Positions 1 to 9,843 of a DNA stretch of 64,000 nucleotides are shown in pieces. The notes under the pieces were generated by a model that was given only the letters and a program-made list of their open reading frames with translations, searched no databases and was not told the origin of the DNA. Made by a program: the position numbers and the translations under genes. Within the stretch, counting starts at the first letter, position 1. The number at the start of each line of letters is the position of its first letter. Source of the stretch: a virus; IMG/VR virus record IMGVR_UViG_3300048919_000265; one strand, given 5' to 3'.

Positions 1-1364
1 GGGTTATATCTTTCTAACTTAGATAATTTTAAAGCATCCGCTTCCAACTCTTTTTCTAACTGTGCATTAATTTCTGCCCTTTTACGTTCAATTTCCTGGT
101 CAACAGGCTCGGTTGGTTCTTGGTATTCTTCAAAGATATTAATGCCCAAGGAGTCTTCTATAATCAGAGGTGTAATCTCTTTTGTTTCTTCTGCCTGCTG
201 CACTACAAGCGCTGTTTCTATCTCTGCTACAGGCTGATTTTCTTCCAGCCTGGCAGATTCCTCCTCCGAGCTCACAGATAGTTCTTTATTCTGCTCAGAA
301 TCCTGATCTACTTCAATCGAAGTAAAGACAACTTCTTCATCCGCAAGAGACTCAACCTCCTCTTCAACAGCCATAGAAGTGACTTCTATTTCGACCCGCT
401 CAACAATATCTGCTTCGTCTTTAACGTCTAGTGCAGATTCTTTTGTTACAACCAACTCTGGTTCCACTTCAAGAGGCAACGTATTTGTTGATAATCGCTG
501 TTGCATGAGTTCGTTTGCTAAGTCGTCTGAATCCGTTTCAACTTGCGGAGAATTGCCTGGATCTACAGTTGCAGTCTCCTCAACCACAGCAGTTTCATAA
601 CTCGCTTCAAAAAATTCTACCTTATCTTCAGAAGAAACAACGTCAATTGCTTCTTCCTCAGAAACTACGGCTACCTGCTCAGACGAGAGATTAACTATTT
701 CAATGTCAGAACTTTCTTCCTTCAATTCTGTTTCGTGCTCCAATACTTTCTTTGGTACTATTTCTTGTTCCGCAAGAAATTCGGTATTTACATCTTCAGG
801 CCCGCTGCTAACAGATTCAGCAACTACTTCTGGGAACACAGACTCAGGTTCAACTTCTGTCTGTGCCTCCCGTACAACTTCTTCTTCAATCACTTCCGGA
901 GACTGAACTTCTGGCTCTTCAATAGCAGTATTATCATGCGCTACTTCTTCTGGCATTGGATTAAGTCTTTTATTATCTTTACCCAACGCGGAAAGCAATA
1001 CATCCATTGTTAAGTTAGGAGAATAAAATAATTCTCCTTCACTTAAATTAAAGTCTTCTGTACTGGTATTAATTGTAATAATGCTCTCATCAATCAGAAA
1101 TACCACACTGTCGGCTTCTGAATTCAGTTCATTAATAGTTGCTTGTAACATGTTTAACTCTTGCAGTTCTTTGCCCGCTGTTAATGCCGAAGGTATAACT
1201 AAAACCCTGTCAAAACCCGAAGAAGCTTCTGCTGTGTTCTTCCAACCAGCAAAATCTTCAACTTTATAAAAATATCCAATCACGTCATGTCCATTACTAG
1301 CAATTAGTTTTAATACGGCCTGACTAATTTTACCCACAAAAATAATTCTCAATATTTTCACCAT
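1..1364 (-). CDS. Partial CDS (3' end beyond window): N-terminal receiver-like alpha/beta domain followed by long Glu/Val-rich acidic linker; possibly CpaE/TadZ- or ParA-associated protein
   Basis: Manual translation from ATG at 1364 (MVKILRIIFVGKISQ...) is open to the window edge; ~300 aa are very acidic (e.g. EEPEVQSPEVIEEEVV); no signal peptide; function is inference. Confidence 0.75.
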   Translation of the reverse strand, partial: MVKILRIIFVGKISQAVLKLIASNGHDVIGYFYKVEDFAGWKNTAEASSGFDRVLVIPSALTAGKELQELNMLQATINELNSEADSVVFLIDESIITINTSTEDFNLSEGELFYSPNLTMDVLLSALGKDNKRLNPMPEEVAHDNTAIEEPEVQSPEVIEEEVVREAQTEVEPESVFPEVVAESVSSGPEDVNTEFLAEQEIVPKKVLEHETELKEESSDIEIVNLSSEQVAVVSEEEAIDVVSSEDKVEFFEASYETAVVEETATVDPGNSPQVETDSDDLANELMQQRLSTNTLPLEVEPELVVTKESALDVKDEADIVERVEIEVTSMAVEEEVESLADEEVVFTSIEVDQDSEQNKELSVSSEEESARLEENQPVAEIETALVVQQAEETKEITPLIIEDSLGINIFEEYQEPTEPVDQEIERKRAEINAQLEKELEADALKLSKLERYN

Positions 1365-1391
1365 CCTGATCTACTTATACCCAAAAACTAG

Positions 1392-2453
1392 CTAATTACC
1401 TATTTTTATGCTAGGCGGAGTTGGAGAAGTCTTATCCACTCTCACATATATGACAGTTTCAGAACCAACATTGCCTGCATTATCCACACTTCTTCCATAA
1501 ATTGTGCTTTGACCTTCCGCAACTACCGTAAAGGAACCGCTATATGTTGTCCAACTCTTGGTATTTGGCCCGTCAATTCTATACTGACTATAGCTTGTAC
1601 CAGAAACTACATCCGCACCATGCGTCATACTAATACTAACATCTTGATTACTAAAGGCTACATTAGGATTTACGGTAAATACAGGCGAGCTCGGTCCTGT
1701 CCTATCGATTTTTACCTGCACTGTTGTAACATCACTGTAGTTCTTATTATAGTCCACTGCTCGTGCGCTTATTGTTGTGATCCCTTCATTAACTACTGTC
1801 AGAGAACTGCCTGAAATCCAATCCTGAGAAGTAGCACCATCTAATTTATACTCGTACCCTTTCACAGCACCATTATCTGTACTTCCCCCTATAGTTGCTG
1901 TTACATTATTTCTGGTAGCAGAAGTTGTGGACGGAGTTATGACAGGTGCTGTTGGCTTTGTATAATCATATGCATAAGGACCTTCTGATATTTGCCCATA
2001 AACACCGTTAAACGTAGAATTACCCTGATCTGATACATATTTTATATACCTAACATATTTTATCTCTGGGTGAATAGATTTTGAAGGTCCTCCTGTCATC
2101 GCACCTGCATTTCCTGAGCCTGGTTGCGAAAAATCATAGGTACTGCTTTGATACCAGCTAACTCCATCCGATGAAAAGTATTCAGTAACAGTTGTGGGAA
2201 CTTCCCAACCATTATTACGCGGAGTATAAATACCAAAATAATTATAGGAGCTGAACTCATCCCTGTCATACCCCGGGGCTCCAAAATCTATGATAGCTAC
2301 ATTCCCATTAACATTACCTACATTAAATTTTTGACCTAGCGTATAAGCTTCCACTTTGCCACTGGAGTAAACCCCCGCCACCAAGAGGACTATTACAAAA
2401 ATCACAGTCGCTAGGGTCTTAGACCTCATTTTAGCAAGAGACTTAAACTTCAT
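1392..2453 (-). CDS. Secreted adhesin-like 'head' protein: signal peptide, discoidin/F5-8C-like domain, 2 Ig-like repeats, C-terminal orphan strand VDKTSPTPPSIKIGN
   Basis: RBS GGAGG; signal peptide ...VEA|Y; IIDFG / YFSSDGVSW / YVRYI pattern; DxTxP...VDxAGN repeats as in neighbouring SLH protein. Confidence 0.85.
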   Translation of the reverse strand: MKFKSLAKMRSKTLATVIFVIVLLVAGVYSSGKVEAYTLGQKFNVGNVNGNVAIIDFGAPGYDRDEFSSYNYFGIYTPRNNGWEVPTTVTEYFSSDGVSWYQSSTYDFSQPGSGNAGAMTGGPSKSIHPEIKYVRYIKYVSDQGNSTFNGVYGQISEGPYAYDYTKPTAPVITPSTTSATRNNVTATIGGSTDNGAVKGYEYKLDGATSQDWISGSSLTVVNEGITTISARAVDYNKNYSDVTTVQVKIDRTGPSSPVFTVNPNVAFSNQDVSISMTHGADVVSGTSYSQYRIDGPNTKSWTTYSGSFTVVAEGQSTIYGRSVDNAGNVGSETVIYVRVDKTSPTPPSIKIGN

Positions 2454-2463
2454 ATGAACCTCC

Positions 2464-2707
2464 TTATCCTCCTATCTTGATTGTGGGACTTGTAGGAGCA
2501 GTTTTATCAATATTAAAGAACATGAACATTTCTCCATCAGTATTGGTTATGCTGCCAAATTCCTAGTAAATAGCACCAACACTGCCCAAATATAATTAGT
2601 ACCCTGCACTATAATCTTCTAGATGTACAGAGAACACATTGTTACCTAGAATTATTACGCCTACTACAAACACCAAGGCAGCTTTTATACCACTCAATTT
2701 GCTTCAA
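2464..2707 (-). pseudogene. Decayed second head cassette (signal peptide ... IDKTAPTSPTIKIGG*)
   Basis: RBS GGAGGTG + TTG at 2707; 1-nt frameshift, then one frame SKLSGIKAALVFVVGVIILG...Y*LYLGSVGAIY*EFGS...IDKTAPTSPTIKIGG* with two internal stops. Confidence 0.8.
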
Positions 2708-2723
2708 ATTTTTAAACACCTCC

Positions 2724-2745
2724 TGTGAGGGAGAGACCCCTCACA
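2724..2745. promoter_or_regulatory. Intercistronic hairpin between stalk stop codon and next RBS
   Basis: TGTGAGGG-agagac-CCCTCACA, 8-bp stem, no U-tract on minus strand. Confidence 0.55.
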
Positions 2746-2749
2746 TTCT

Positions 2750-5700
2750 CTACTTCCCATCCTTATCAATCATTTCTATCATTCTGTAGATGAGTGCAGC
2801 CGACTCCGCTCTCGTTAAACTATTTTTAGGTCCAAAACTTCCATCTGGATACCCACCAACAAGACCAACACTGGACGCGTAATCCACATCTTCTTTTGCC
2901 CATCCAATGATTCTATCGGCATCGGTGAAATCAGATGATTTACTACCTGCGGTGACTCCTTGTTCCTTAAGCACGTTAACTAACATTTTAGAGGCTTGTT
3001 CTCGATTAATATCAATATTCGGACGAAATTCTATGTTGCTAAATCCTTTAGCAACTTTAGTTGCTAATGCAGCCTTGAGTTCTTCCGTGTACCAAGCTCC
3101 TCTATTGATATCCTTAAAAGTCAAGGCGACCGATTCATCCGGCGTAGCATCAATAGCTCTAACAATCAAAGCTGCAAATTCCATCCGAGTCACAGGTCTA
3201 TCTGGCTCAAAAATATTCGGAGCTGTACCCTTTAATATACCTTGGGTTGCTAGCTTGTTAATCTCATCCCGACTAAAAGTTTCATCAATATCAGAGAATT
3301 GATCTGATAAAGAATCTTTCTTAGTAGTTTCTGATTTAACTTCTTCAACCACTTCTGGTGTTGGTATTGTCTCTACTTTAGGAGGAATTATAGTTCCTCC
3401 ATCAGCACCATCTCCAGAATTTTTACGTTCCTTATCCGTTTTAATAGTCAAACATGCAGAAGTAATACTCAGACCCGACACATTTTTACCCCTAACTTCA
3501 TACTGGTATTCCGTATCAGAAATTAATTCCTTATCTACATACTTAAACTGGGAACTCGGTATCGCAGCTATTTCTTTTCCTCCGCGATAAATTATATATT
3601 CAGTAGCTCCCAAGCTTCTAACTTCAGAAAGATCTAAGGTCACATCATTTTTTGTTGCGGTGCCTTTTAAAAGAATTGGTTTGCTTGGCAAAGTCAAAAC
3701 CTTTATTGGCGTAGCTTCAGATTTTGTTCCCTGTTGGTTCTCCACAACTAATTCCCAATCATACTGTGTTCCAGGAGTTAACCCTTCTACAGTCGCTGGA
3801 CTTTCTTTACCTCTCCAAACTTCCTTACCGTCTTTATCAACAATCACGTAATCCTTAGCACCATCAACTGTCGGGAACTCCACAACCACATTATCATCTT
3901 TAGGAGTTACTTTAACATCAGAGCTCTTCACAGATTCTGTTGCCGTTAAGATGGTCAAAGAAGTGGTCTCACCCTCACCTGTGCTATTCACAGGTAAAAC
4001 TGTGATATTGTAAGTGGAAGCAGACATAAGATCCTCAACAGTAAAAATCTTTTGCCATGCCATACTACGTAAAACTTCCTTACCATTAACATACACAACA
4101 TATTGATCAACTAAGTTACTTCCAAAATTTACTGCAATAGAAGCAGAATGCGCAGACAATTTGTCAACAGATAATTGAGGAGAACTAGGTTTAGTCAAGA
4201 TGGAGTGTTCTACCTTACCAGATTGAACATCTTTATCATTAGTAGACCAAATAACTAAGTTATAAGGAGTACCCCCAGACAATCCTTTGATTCTAGTTTG
4301 TGTGTCTGTTCCTGCATATAAGATATTTCCACCACGATCAGAAATATAATATTTTTCAGCCCCCTTGACAGCATCCCATTTCAAATCGCTGTAGGTTATA
4401 TCGGTAACTGAACTAATTTTGTCAATTGGAGACGTTTTAGTAGTCCAATTAATAATTGATTCCTTACCTACACCTGAACTATTTTCCCCTCTAACAATAA
4501 TGTCATAATTAGTTCCGGCTTCTAGTCCTTGAATCGGCGCTGAAGGATCAGAACTACTTTCTATAATTGCAGTGTCTTTAACTTTAATTGTATATTTTGT
4601 AACAGTATCATCTTTATCCCACACTAAATTCAAACTAGTAGTATCCGTGTTGTCCACTGCTAGGTTATTAACAGCGTGTGGTTTCGTAACAAATTTACCT
4701 TCAACCCATTGGCTGCTACCAGAGCTATTAGAAGCCTTTATTTTGTAGATATAATTCTTGCTACCAACCAATCCCGCTACCTTAATTTCTCCCGTATTCC
4801 CTGCGTATTCTTTACCATCAACTTCAATAGTGTATCCTGTAGCTCCATTGACCAAGTCCCATTTGATTACGGCAGAATCTTCTTCAACTTCCTCTACTTT
4901 AACACTTGCAGGCTCGGCAGGTATTGTTATAAAGCTTACAGGAGTAAGCTCGCCTTCCCCACTCTCATTTTTAGCTGCAATTGTTAAATCATATCTCTCA
5001 CCTGGCTTCAGGTCTTTCAATACCCAACTAGTATCGTTAGTACTTGAAACTTCTGATCCATTTCGAATAACATATTCTGAAGCACCCTTTACACCATTCC
5101 ACTTCAAGGTAGCTCCTGTTTGACTAATACCTTCAACAGTAATACCACTAATTGCTGCAGGCAATGTTCTTATTCCTCGTAAATGACTATACGCACCTAG
5201 TCCAGTGTCATTAACTGCACCAACACTATAGTCATAAGCTGTACCAGAACTAAGCCCCTCATCCAAGAAATTCAATACATTAGCGGAGGATATCTGATTT
5301 CCATCTCGTAACAGATTATACTTTAGGGCAGTACTAACAGAATTCCAGCTTAATAATATTTTATCAGTGAAGACATTAACACTTTTAAATTCTCCTGGAT
5401 TATCAGGCAGAGACAAGAATCTTACTCCCTTACTAATTCCTTCCCCAGTCGAGTTAATAGCCGAAACATTAACATCATAATTCGTGCCCGGAGTCATACC
5501 AGAAAACGGATAAGTTGTATCAACAGTAGTATCGTCTACAATCACTTCTCCACTATCTGCTTTTCTAACAAATATATGATAAGCAGTCGCACCTTCCACC
5601 TTACTCACGTATATAAATCCAGAATTATAATTTTGATCAACTTTCTCTACTCTAATATTTTCAGGAGCTGCTGGTAGAGTGAGCAAATGACCATCATCAT

Positions 5701-8365
5701 AGCTGCTACCTACATGATTCATAGCAGTAACACGAACACTATATTGTCGTCCTCCAGCTAATCCAGAAAATTTGACAGACGATATCGGAAAATCCACCAC
5801 TTCTTCTTTACCTGTACCGATAACTTCTATTTTGTATTTCCATCCATCAGTATAAGTTCCTGCCTGAGGCAAATCCCATTCTGCCGTGAAATTATCCTCG
5901 CCTATTCCAGTAGCTCTAATATTCTTAGGTGCCTCTGGGACATTTTGCAACTTAATAGCTCCAGAAGTGACCTGTGTAGTATTGCCTGCTTTATCTATGG
6001 CTTTTAAATGGACATACCAGACTCCTTCAGATTCTATAGATAAATTATCACTATTAACGCTATCCCAAGAAGTTGGAATTTGGCTACTGTCAGTAATTCT
6101 ATAAAAAACCTTGTCAACTCCAGAACCTGTATCGGCTACAGCCACTTCAACATTCGCTTTGCTTGGTGACCAATCTCTACTGTCTGGAGTTAATTTAATT
6201 GTTGGAGCCGATTTATCTACATACACAGTTATAGTGGTTACTTCACTAATATTACCTACACTGTCAATAGCTCGGGCACTTAAAGTATGGGTACCATCCG
6301 CAGTAACAACTCCACTATTTCCATCTACAAACTCCCCACCATCAACCGAATATTGATATCTAACAGGATTAAGGTCTGTACTACCGTCTATTTTAAATTC
6401 TACATCCTTAGAAACAAACTCAGTATCACTAAGTTTTATGCCCGGCACAGTAGGAGCTGTCAAATCAATCATAGCTGTAGCATAACTAGGTTGGCTCACG
6501 TTGCCTGCATTATCTATCGTACGGAAAGCTACAGAGGTAACTCCCTCCTTAGATACTTCCAAAGGTTGATCATAGGCAATCCAATCTCCACCTTCAATAG
6601 AGTACTCGTTATGATTGACCCCACTGGCTTCGTCTTTACCTTCCCCCGTGAGAGCTATGGAGACCGGAACTTTGTTAGTCCAATCTTTTTCGGAGGCTGC
6701 TACTAGTGGAGAATTAGGAGCAGTTCTATCTATCTTCACATCCACTTTCGCAGATTCGCTGAAATTACCTGCATTATCCTCCGCCCTAACTAAGAGGTTC
6801 GTTACGCCCTCTCTTGTTATTTCAATGGGATTTAAATAATCCTTCCAACTAGTACCATCTTCTGAGTATTTCAATCTTTTAAATCCACTTAACTTATCCA
6901 AACTACTAAGAGCTGTAACCGTTACATCTTTATTAGTCCATGAGGCAGCAGTACTATAAACCTCTGGCACATCCGGTGCTGTTTTATCTATTTTGGCCAG
7001 CACCTGGGCCTCTGGTCCAGCATTACCAACCTTATCAACTGAACGAGCTTTAATCACTATTTCCCCTTCGGTATCAACAGGGAAAGGCTGATCATAAGCT
7101 TTCCACTCAGATCCATTAATACTATACTCTGTTTCTTTAATGCCTGACTCCTCATCTTTGCCAGCCGTGATTATAACTGTAGCGACATCTTTGGTCCAAT
7201 CTACTGGGTTAATCGCAAGCTCCGGAGCAGTAGGTGCCTTCTTGTCGATCTTAAAAGTTACTTGCGAAACTTCACCATTGTTACCTACGTTATCTACAGA
7301 TCTTGATTTAACAATATGAATTCCCTCATCCGTAAACTCTAACGCACCCTGATAAGTTTTCCATTCGCCATCGTCTAAAGACCACTCAGTCTTTTCGACA
7401 CCACTTAAGGCATCTACCCCCGGTATTATTTCCAACCCCACCTTATCAGATACCCATTCGCTAGAAGACAGATTCATGACAGTCGCACTTGGACCGCTAT
7501 GATCAATAGTGAATTCCTCTTCTTTAATGTCGCTATAATTGCCGGCATTATCTACACTTCTAAAATAAATTTTATTAGTGCCCTCTGTTTGATATTTGAC
7601 TGGATTAACATAATTGTTCCAAACCACACCATCATAAGAAAACTCCGATCTATTAATACCACTATCTAAGTCAAACCCTTTATTAATCGTAAAAGTCACT
7701 GCATCAGCCCAACCTGTATTATCCCTTAAAACTGATGGAGCAGATGGTTTAAGTTTATCAATCTTATAAGTCATGCTACTAATGACACTCATATTACCAG
7801 CATTATCTACGGTTCTAGCCTCCACTAGTGCCGATCCGGAAGCGTTGATTATAAACGGGGCAGTATAGGTCTGCCAAACTCCAGCATCTATTCTGTACTC
7901 AACTCTAGCACTACCCGAAAGAGTATCTGCACCAGCAACAAGTTCTACTGATACATCTGTATTACGATAATTGCTATTAGTATCTTTAAATGTTGGAGCA
8001 TTTGGAGGTGTTCTATCAATTCTCACAGCAGATGAAGACAATGGACTTAAATTACCAGCGTTATCAACTGTATATGCTTCAATATTGGTCACACCTTCAG
8101 CCGTAACATTAAATGTACCACCATAAGCTCCTAATCCTTTGTTTGTTGCACCAGTTAATCTATAATCTATTCGATTAACGCCAGAATATGAGTCCGTACC
8201 GGCTACTATACTAACAGGAACATCAGCATCATTAGTCCACCCAACCCCATTGTAAGTAGAAGCAGCCGAAGCCTGATTTTCCTTTATTAATAATTCAGCT
8301 GGGAAATAACTTAGCAACATTGTCACAGCTACAAGCAGCTTTAGAAACTTCTTTTTCTTTTCCAA
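2750..8365 (-). CDS. S-layer homology (SLH) anchored surface protein: signal peptide, 9 Ig-like (DxTxP/VDxAGN, OmpL47/Big-type) repeats, 10 fibronectin type III repeats, 3 SLH domains
   Basis: RBS AAGGAGG + TTG at 8365 (1871 aa); FN3 W...Y...GL.PG..Y...V.A.N pattern; C-terminal FSDI/FKDI/FTDA...G...F.P...TR.E SLH motifs. Confidence 0.93.
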   Translation of the reverse strand: MEKKKKFLKLLVAVTMLLSYFPAELLIKENQASAASTYNGVGWTNDADVPVSIVAGTDSYSGVNRIDYRLTGATNKGLGAYGGTFNVTAEGVTNIEAYTVDNAGNLSPLSSSAVRIDRTPPNAPTFKDTNSNYRNTDVSVELVAGADTLSGSARVEYRIDAGVWQTYTAPFIINASGSALVEARTVDNAGNMSVISSMTYKIDKLKPSAPSVLRDNTGWADAVTFTINKGFDLDSGINRSEFSYDGVVWNNYVNPVKYQTEGTNKIYFRSVDNAGNYSDIKEEEFTIDHSGPSATVMNLSSSEWVSDKVGLEIIPGVDALSGVEKTEWSLDDGEWKTYQGALEFTDEGIHIVKSRSVDNVGNNGEVSQVTFKIDKKAPTAPELAINPVDWTKDVATVIITAGKDEESGIKETEYSINGSEWKAYDQPFPVDTEGEIVIKARSVDKVGNAGPEAQVLAKIDKTAPDVPEVYSTAASWTNKDVTVTALSSLDKLSGFKRLKYSEDGTSWKDYLNPIEITREGVTNLLVRAEDNAGNFSESAKVDVKIDRTAPNSPLVAASEKDWTNKVPVSIALTGEGKDEASGVNHNEYSIEGGDWIAYDQPLEVSKEGVTSVAFRTIDNAGNVSQPSYATAMIDLTAPTVPGIKLSDTEFVSKDVEFKIDGSTDLNPVRYQYSVDGGEFVDGNSGVVTADGTHTLSARAIDSVGNISEVTTITVYVDKSAPTIKLTPDSRDWSPSKANVEVAVADTGSGVDKVFYRITDSSQIPTSWDSVNSDNLSIESEGVWYVHLKAIDKAGNTTQVTSGAIKLQNVPEAPKNIRATGIGEDNFTAEWDLPQAGTYTDGWKYKIEVIGTGKEEVVDFPISSVKFSGLAGGRQYSVRVTAMNHVGSSYDDGHLLTLPAAPENIRVEKVDQNYNSGFIYVSKVEGATAYHIFVRKADSGEVIVDDTTVDTTYPFSGMTPGTNYDVNVSAINSTGEGISKGVRFLSLPDNPGEFKSVNVFTDKILLSWNSVSTALKYNLLRDGNQISSANVLNFLDEGLSSGTAYDYSVGAVNDTGLGAYSHLRGIRTLPAAISGITVEGISQTGATLKWNGVKGASEYVIRNGSEVSSTNDTSWVLKDLKPGERYDLTIAAKNESGEGELTPVSFITIPAEPASVKVEEVEEDSAVIKWDLVNGATGYTIEVDGKEYAGNTGEIKVAGLVGSKNYIYKIKASNSSGSSQWVEGKFVTKPHAVNNLAVDNTDTTSLNLVWDKDDTVTKYTIKVKDTAIIESSSDPSAPIQGLEAGTNYDIIVRGENSSGVGKESIINWTTKTSPIDKISSVTDITYSDLKWDAVKGAEKYYISDRGGNILYAGTDTQTRIKGLSGGTPYNLVIWSTNDKDVQSGKVEHSILTKPSSPQLSVDKLSAHSASIAVNFGSNLVDQYVVYVNGKEVLRSMAWQKIFTVEDLMSASTYNITVLPVNSTGEGETTSLTILTATESVKSSDVKVTPKDDNVVVEFPTVDGAKDYVIVDKDGKEVWRGKESPATVEGLTPGTQYDWELVVENQQGTKSEATPIKVLTLPSKPILLKGTATKNDVTLDLSEVRSLGATEYIIYRGGKEIAAIPSSQFKYVDKELISDTEYQYEVRGKNVSGLSITSACLTIKTDKERKNSGDGADGGTIIPPKVETIPTPEVVEEVKSETTKKDSLSDQFSDIDETFSRDEINKLATQGILKGTAPNIFEPDRPVTRMEFAALIVRAIDATPDESVALTFKDINRGAWYTEELKAALATKVAKGFSNIEFRPNIDINREQASKMLVNVLKEQGVTAGSKSSDFTDADRIIGWAKEDVDYASSVGLVGGYPDGSFGPKNSLTRAESAALIYRMIEMIDKDGK

Positions 8366-8519
8366 ATTTAAATCCTCCTTACTGTCATTAATTTTAAATA
8401 TAATTATGTATCTACGATTAGGATTGCACACTTGATGTCATTAACCGTAATCAACCCCTCCAGTTCTTTACAGTTATTTTACTCCTAGCATCATCCCTTT
8501 TCGATTTGGTTAATAAAAA

Positions 8520-8563
8520 GACGGTGGGTGAATAGGATGTGTTTCTCCTATTCACCCACCGTC
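8520..8563 (-). terminator. Intrinsic terminator
   Basis: 18-bp perfect stem GACGGTGGGTGAATAGGA/TCCTATTCACCCACCGTC followed by T-run on minus strand. Confidence 0.85.
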
Positions 8564-8602
8564 GACTTTAGTAACCTAGCCTGATACCCAACTATGTAAC
8601 TC

Positions 8603-8962
8603 TTAATCATCTGAATCGTCGTCGTTGTCGCTAAGATCATCCAGTCTCTCAACCAACCCACTAAAGTCATTACCTCTGCCCAGCTGACTAGCCAAGCTAT
8701 AAACATCTTCATAGTCTATATTATAGTCAGAAGATAAACTCCGCAAATAAGCTTCCCGATTGCTGTATCCTCTATCAAGATAAGGTTTATCTTCTATCAT
8801 ACGTCTTCGAGCAGACACAACTGCTTCCTGGTACTTTATGATCAATTCATTTAAGTCCGCAGCAGCCTTACCCTTACTCGATAACTTTAATGACTTCAGT
8901 GCTTCTTCAATATACAATATTTCCTTAGTATCCACTGACATGTTTAAATTAATCACTTCCAC
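8603..8962 (-). CDS. Phage/plasmid-type hypothetical protein
   Basis: ORF with RBS; C-terminal GY..R..YL..L..DY..D...V..LA..LG...DF.GLV motif recalled from phage hypotheticals. Confidence 0.7.
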   Translation of the reverse strand: MEVINLNMSVDTKEILYIEEALKSLKLSSKGKAAADLNELIIKYQEAVVSARRRMIEDKPYLDRGYSNREAYLRSLSSDYNIDYEDVYSLASQLGRGNDFSGLVERLDDLSDNDDDSDD

Positions 8963-8994
8963 ACCTCCTTACATTAGTTAACTGATACTATACA

Positions 8995-9246
8995 TTAATT
9001 AACCATTAGAGAAACAGCATCAACCTCCTCCATATCAATAACTATAGCGCCAGGTTTAGTCTCACGAATAAAATCAGTAAATGATTGAACACATCCTCGG
9101 CCTTCCCACAGACTATATAGAGACTTAATAGCCGAACTTGCTAAATCTGTTACTATTTCCATCATGACCACTCCATTAAATTTATCCGTAAAATTATATC
9201 TAGTCATTATAGCCTCTCCTCCTGCTAAATTTATATGTAAGGGCAT
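8995..9246 (-). CDS. Hypothetical protein
   Basis: ORF in co-oriented run; RBS GGAGAGG before internal ATG. Confidence 0.6.
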   Translation of the reverse strand: MPLHINLAGGEAIMTRYNFTDKFNGVVMMEIVTDLASSAIKSLYSLWEGRGCVQSFTDFIRETKPGAIVIDMEEVDAVSLMVN

Positions 9247-9261
9247 AGCCCTAGAAAATCC

Positions 9262-9504
9262 CTAGATGCACAGTTGTAAATTTTTCACTTTATTAACACT
9301 AAACGCAGTACTTTCAATTCCTAAACTCAAAACGATTTGCACATTACCCACTGTGTTTTCCATTTCTTTGTTAATCCAGTTACCCAACATACTAGATACT
9401 TCACCGCTAAGAATCCCATTAGTTTCTCCATAACAAACAGTCATACACTTCATCTCAATCACCAACCTATTATTTTTAGTCAACCAAAAAACTTTAATGC
9501 GCAA
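9262..9504 (-). CDS. Hypothetical protein
   Basis: ORF in co-oriented run. Confidence 0.55.
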   Translation of the reverse strand: MRIKVFWLTKNNRLVIEMKCMTVCYGETNGILSGEVSSMLGNWINKEMENTVGNVQIVLSLGIESTAFSVNKVKNLQLCI

Positions 9505-9519
9505 CCTCCATTAAAGTGA

Positions 9520-9843
9520 TTATACCTCAGAAACTCCACGACGTGCCACTTCAAGTCGCTTAACAAACTCAAAATCATCGTCCCATCGCGGTCTCATATC
9601 AACCGACCCAAATCTAAACCCTTGATTCCTGATCAATCTCCAATGACCCACTAATTCATTATCCTTCATTGCACAAATAGTAATCATCGTATGTGAATAC
9701 TTGGGATGTATAGAAAGGGCTTCTTCTAAATCCTCCCCTTCATAGAGAGTTATTGATTCAACAGGAAACAAGTTCTCAGCAAAAGTCTCTACAGCGTGAT
9801 ATTTGACTTTTTCCATAACGAGCCCTCTTTCAATTAGCTTCAT
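9520..9843 (-). CDS. Hypothetical protein
   Basis: ORF tightly packed with neighbours. Confidence 0.65.
   Translation of the reverse strand: MKLIERGLVMEKVKYHAVETFAENLFPVESITLYEGEDLEEALSIHPKYSHTMITICAMKDNELVGHWRLIRNQGFRFGSVDMRPRWDDDFEFVKRLEVARRGVSEV

Noticed and set aside
1392-2707. DNA-level shufflon or cassette switching of the adhesin heads
   Set aside because: The two tails differ at most synonymous positions, there are no nucleotide repeats shared with the stalk 5' end, no recombinase lies in the window, and each part has its own signal peptide and stop.
2750-8365. CRISPR array or DNA tandem repeats
   Set aside because: The repeats are degenerate protein-domain repeats; no identical 23-47 nt repeats with spacers were seen anywhere in the window.
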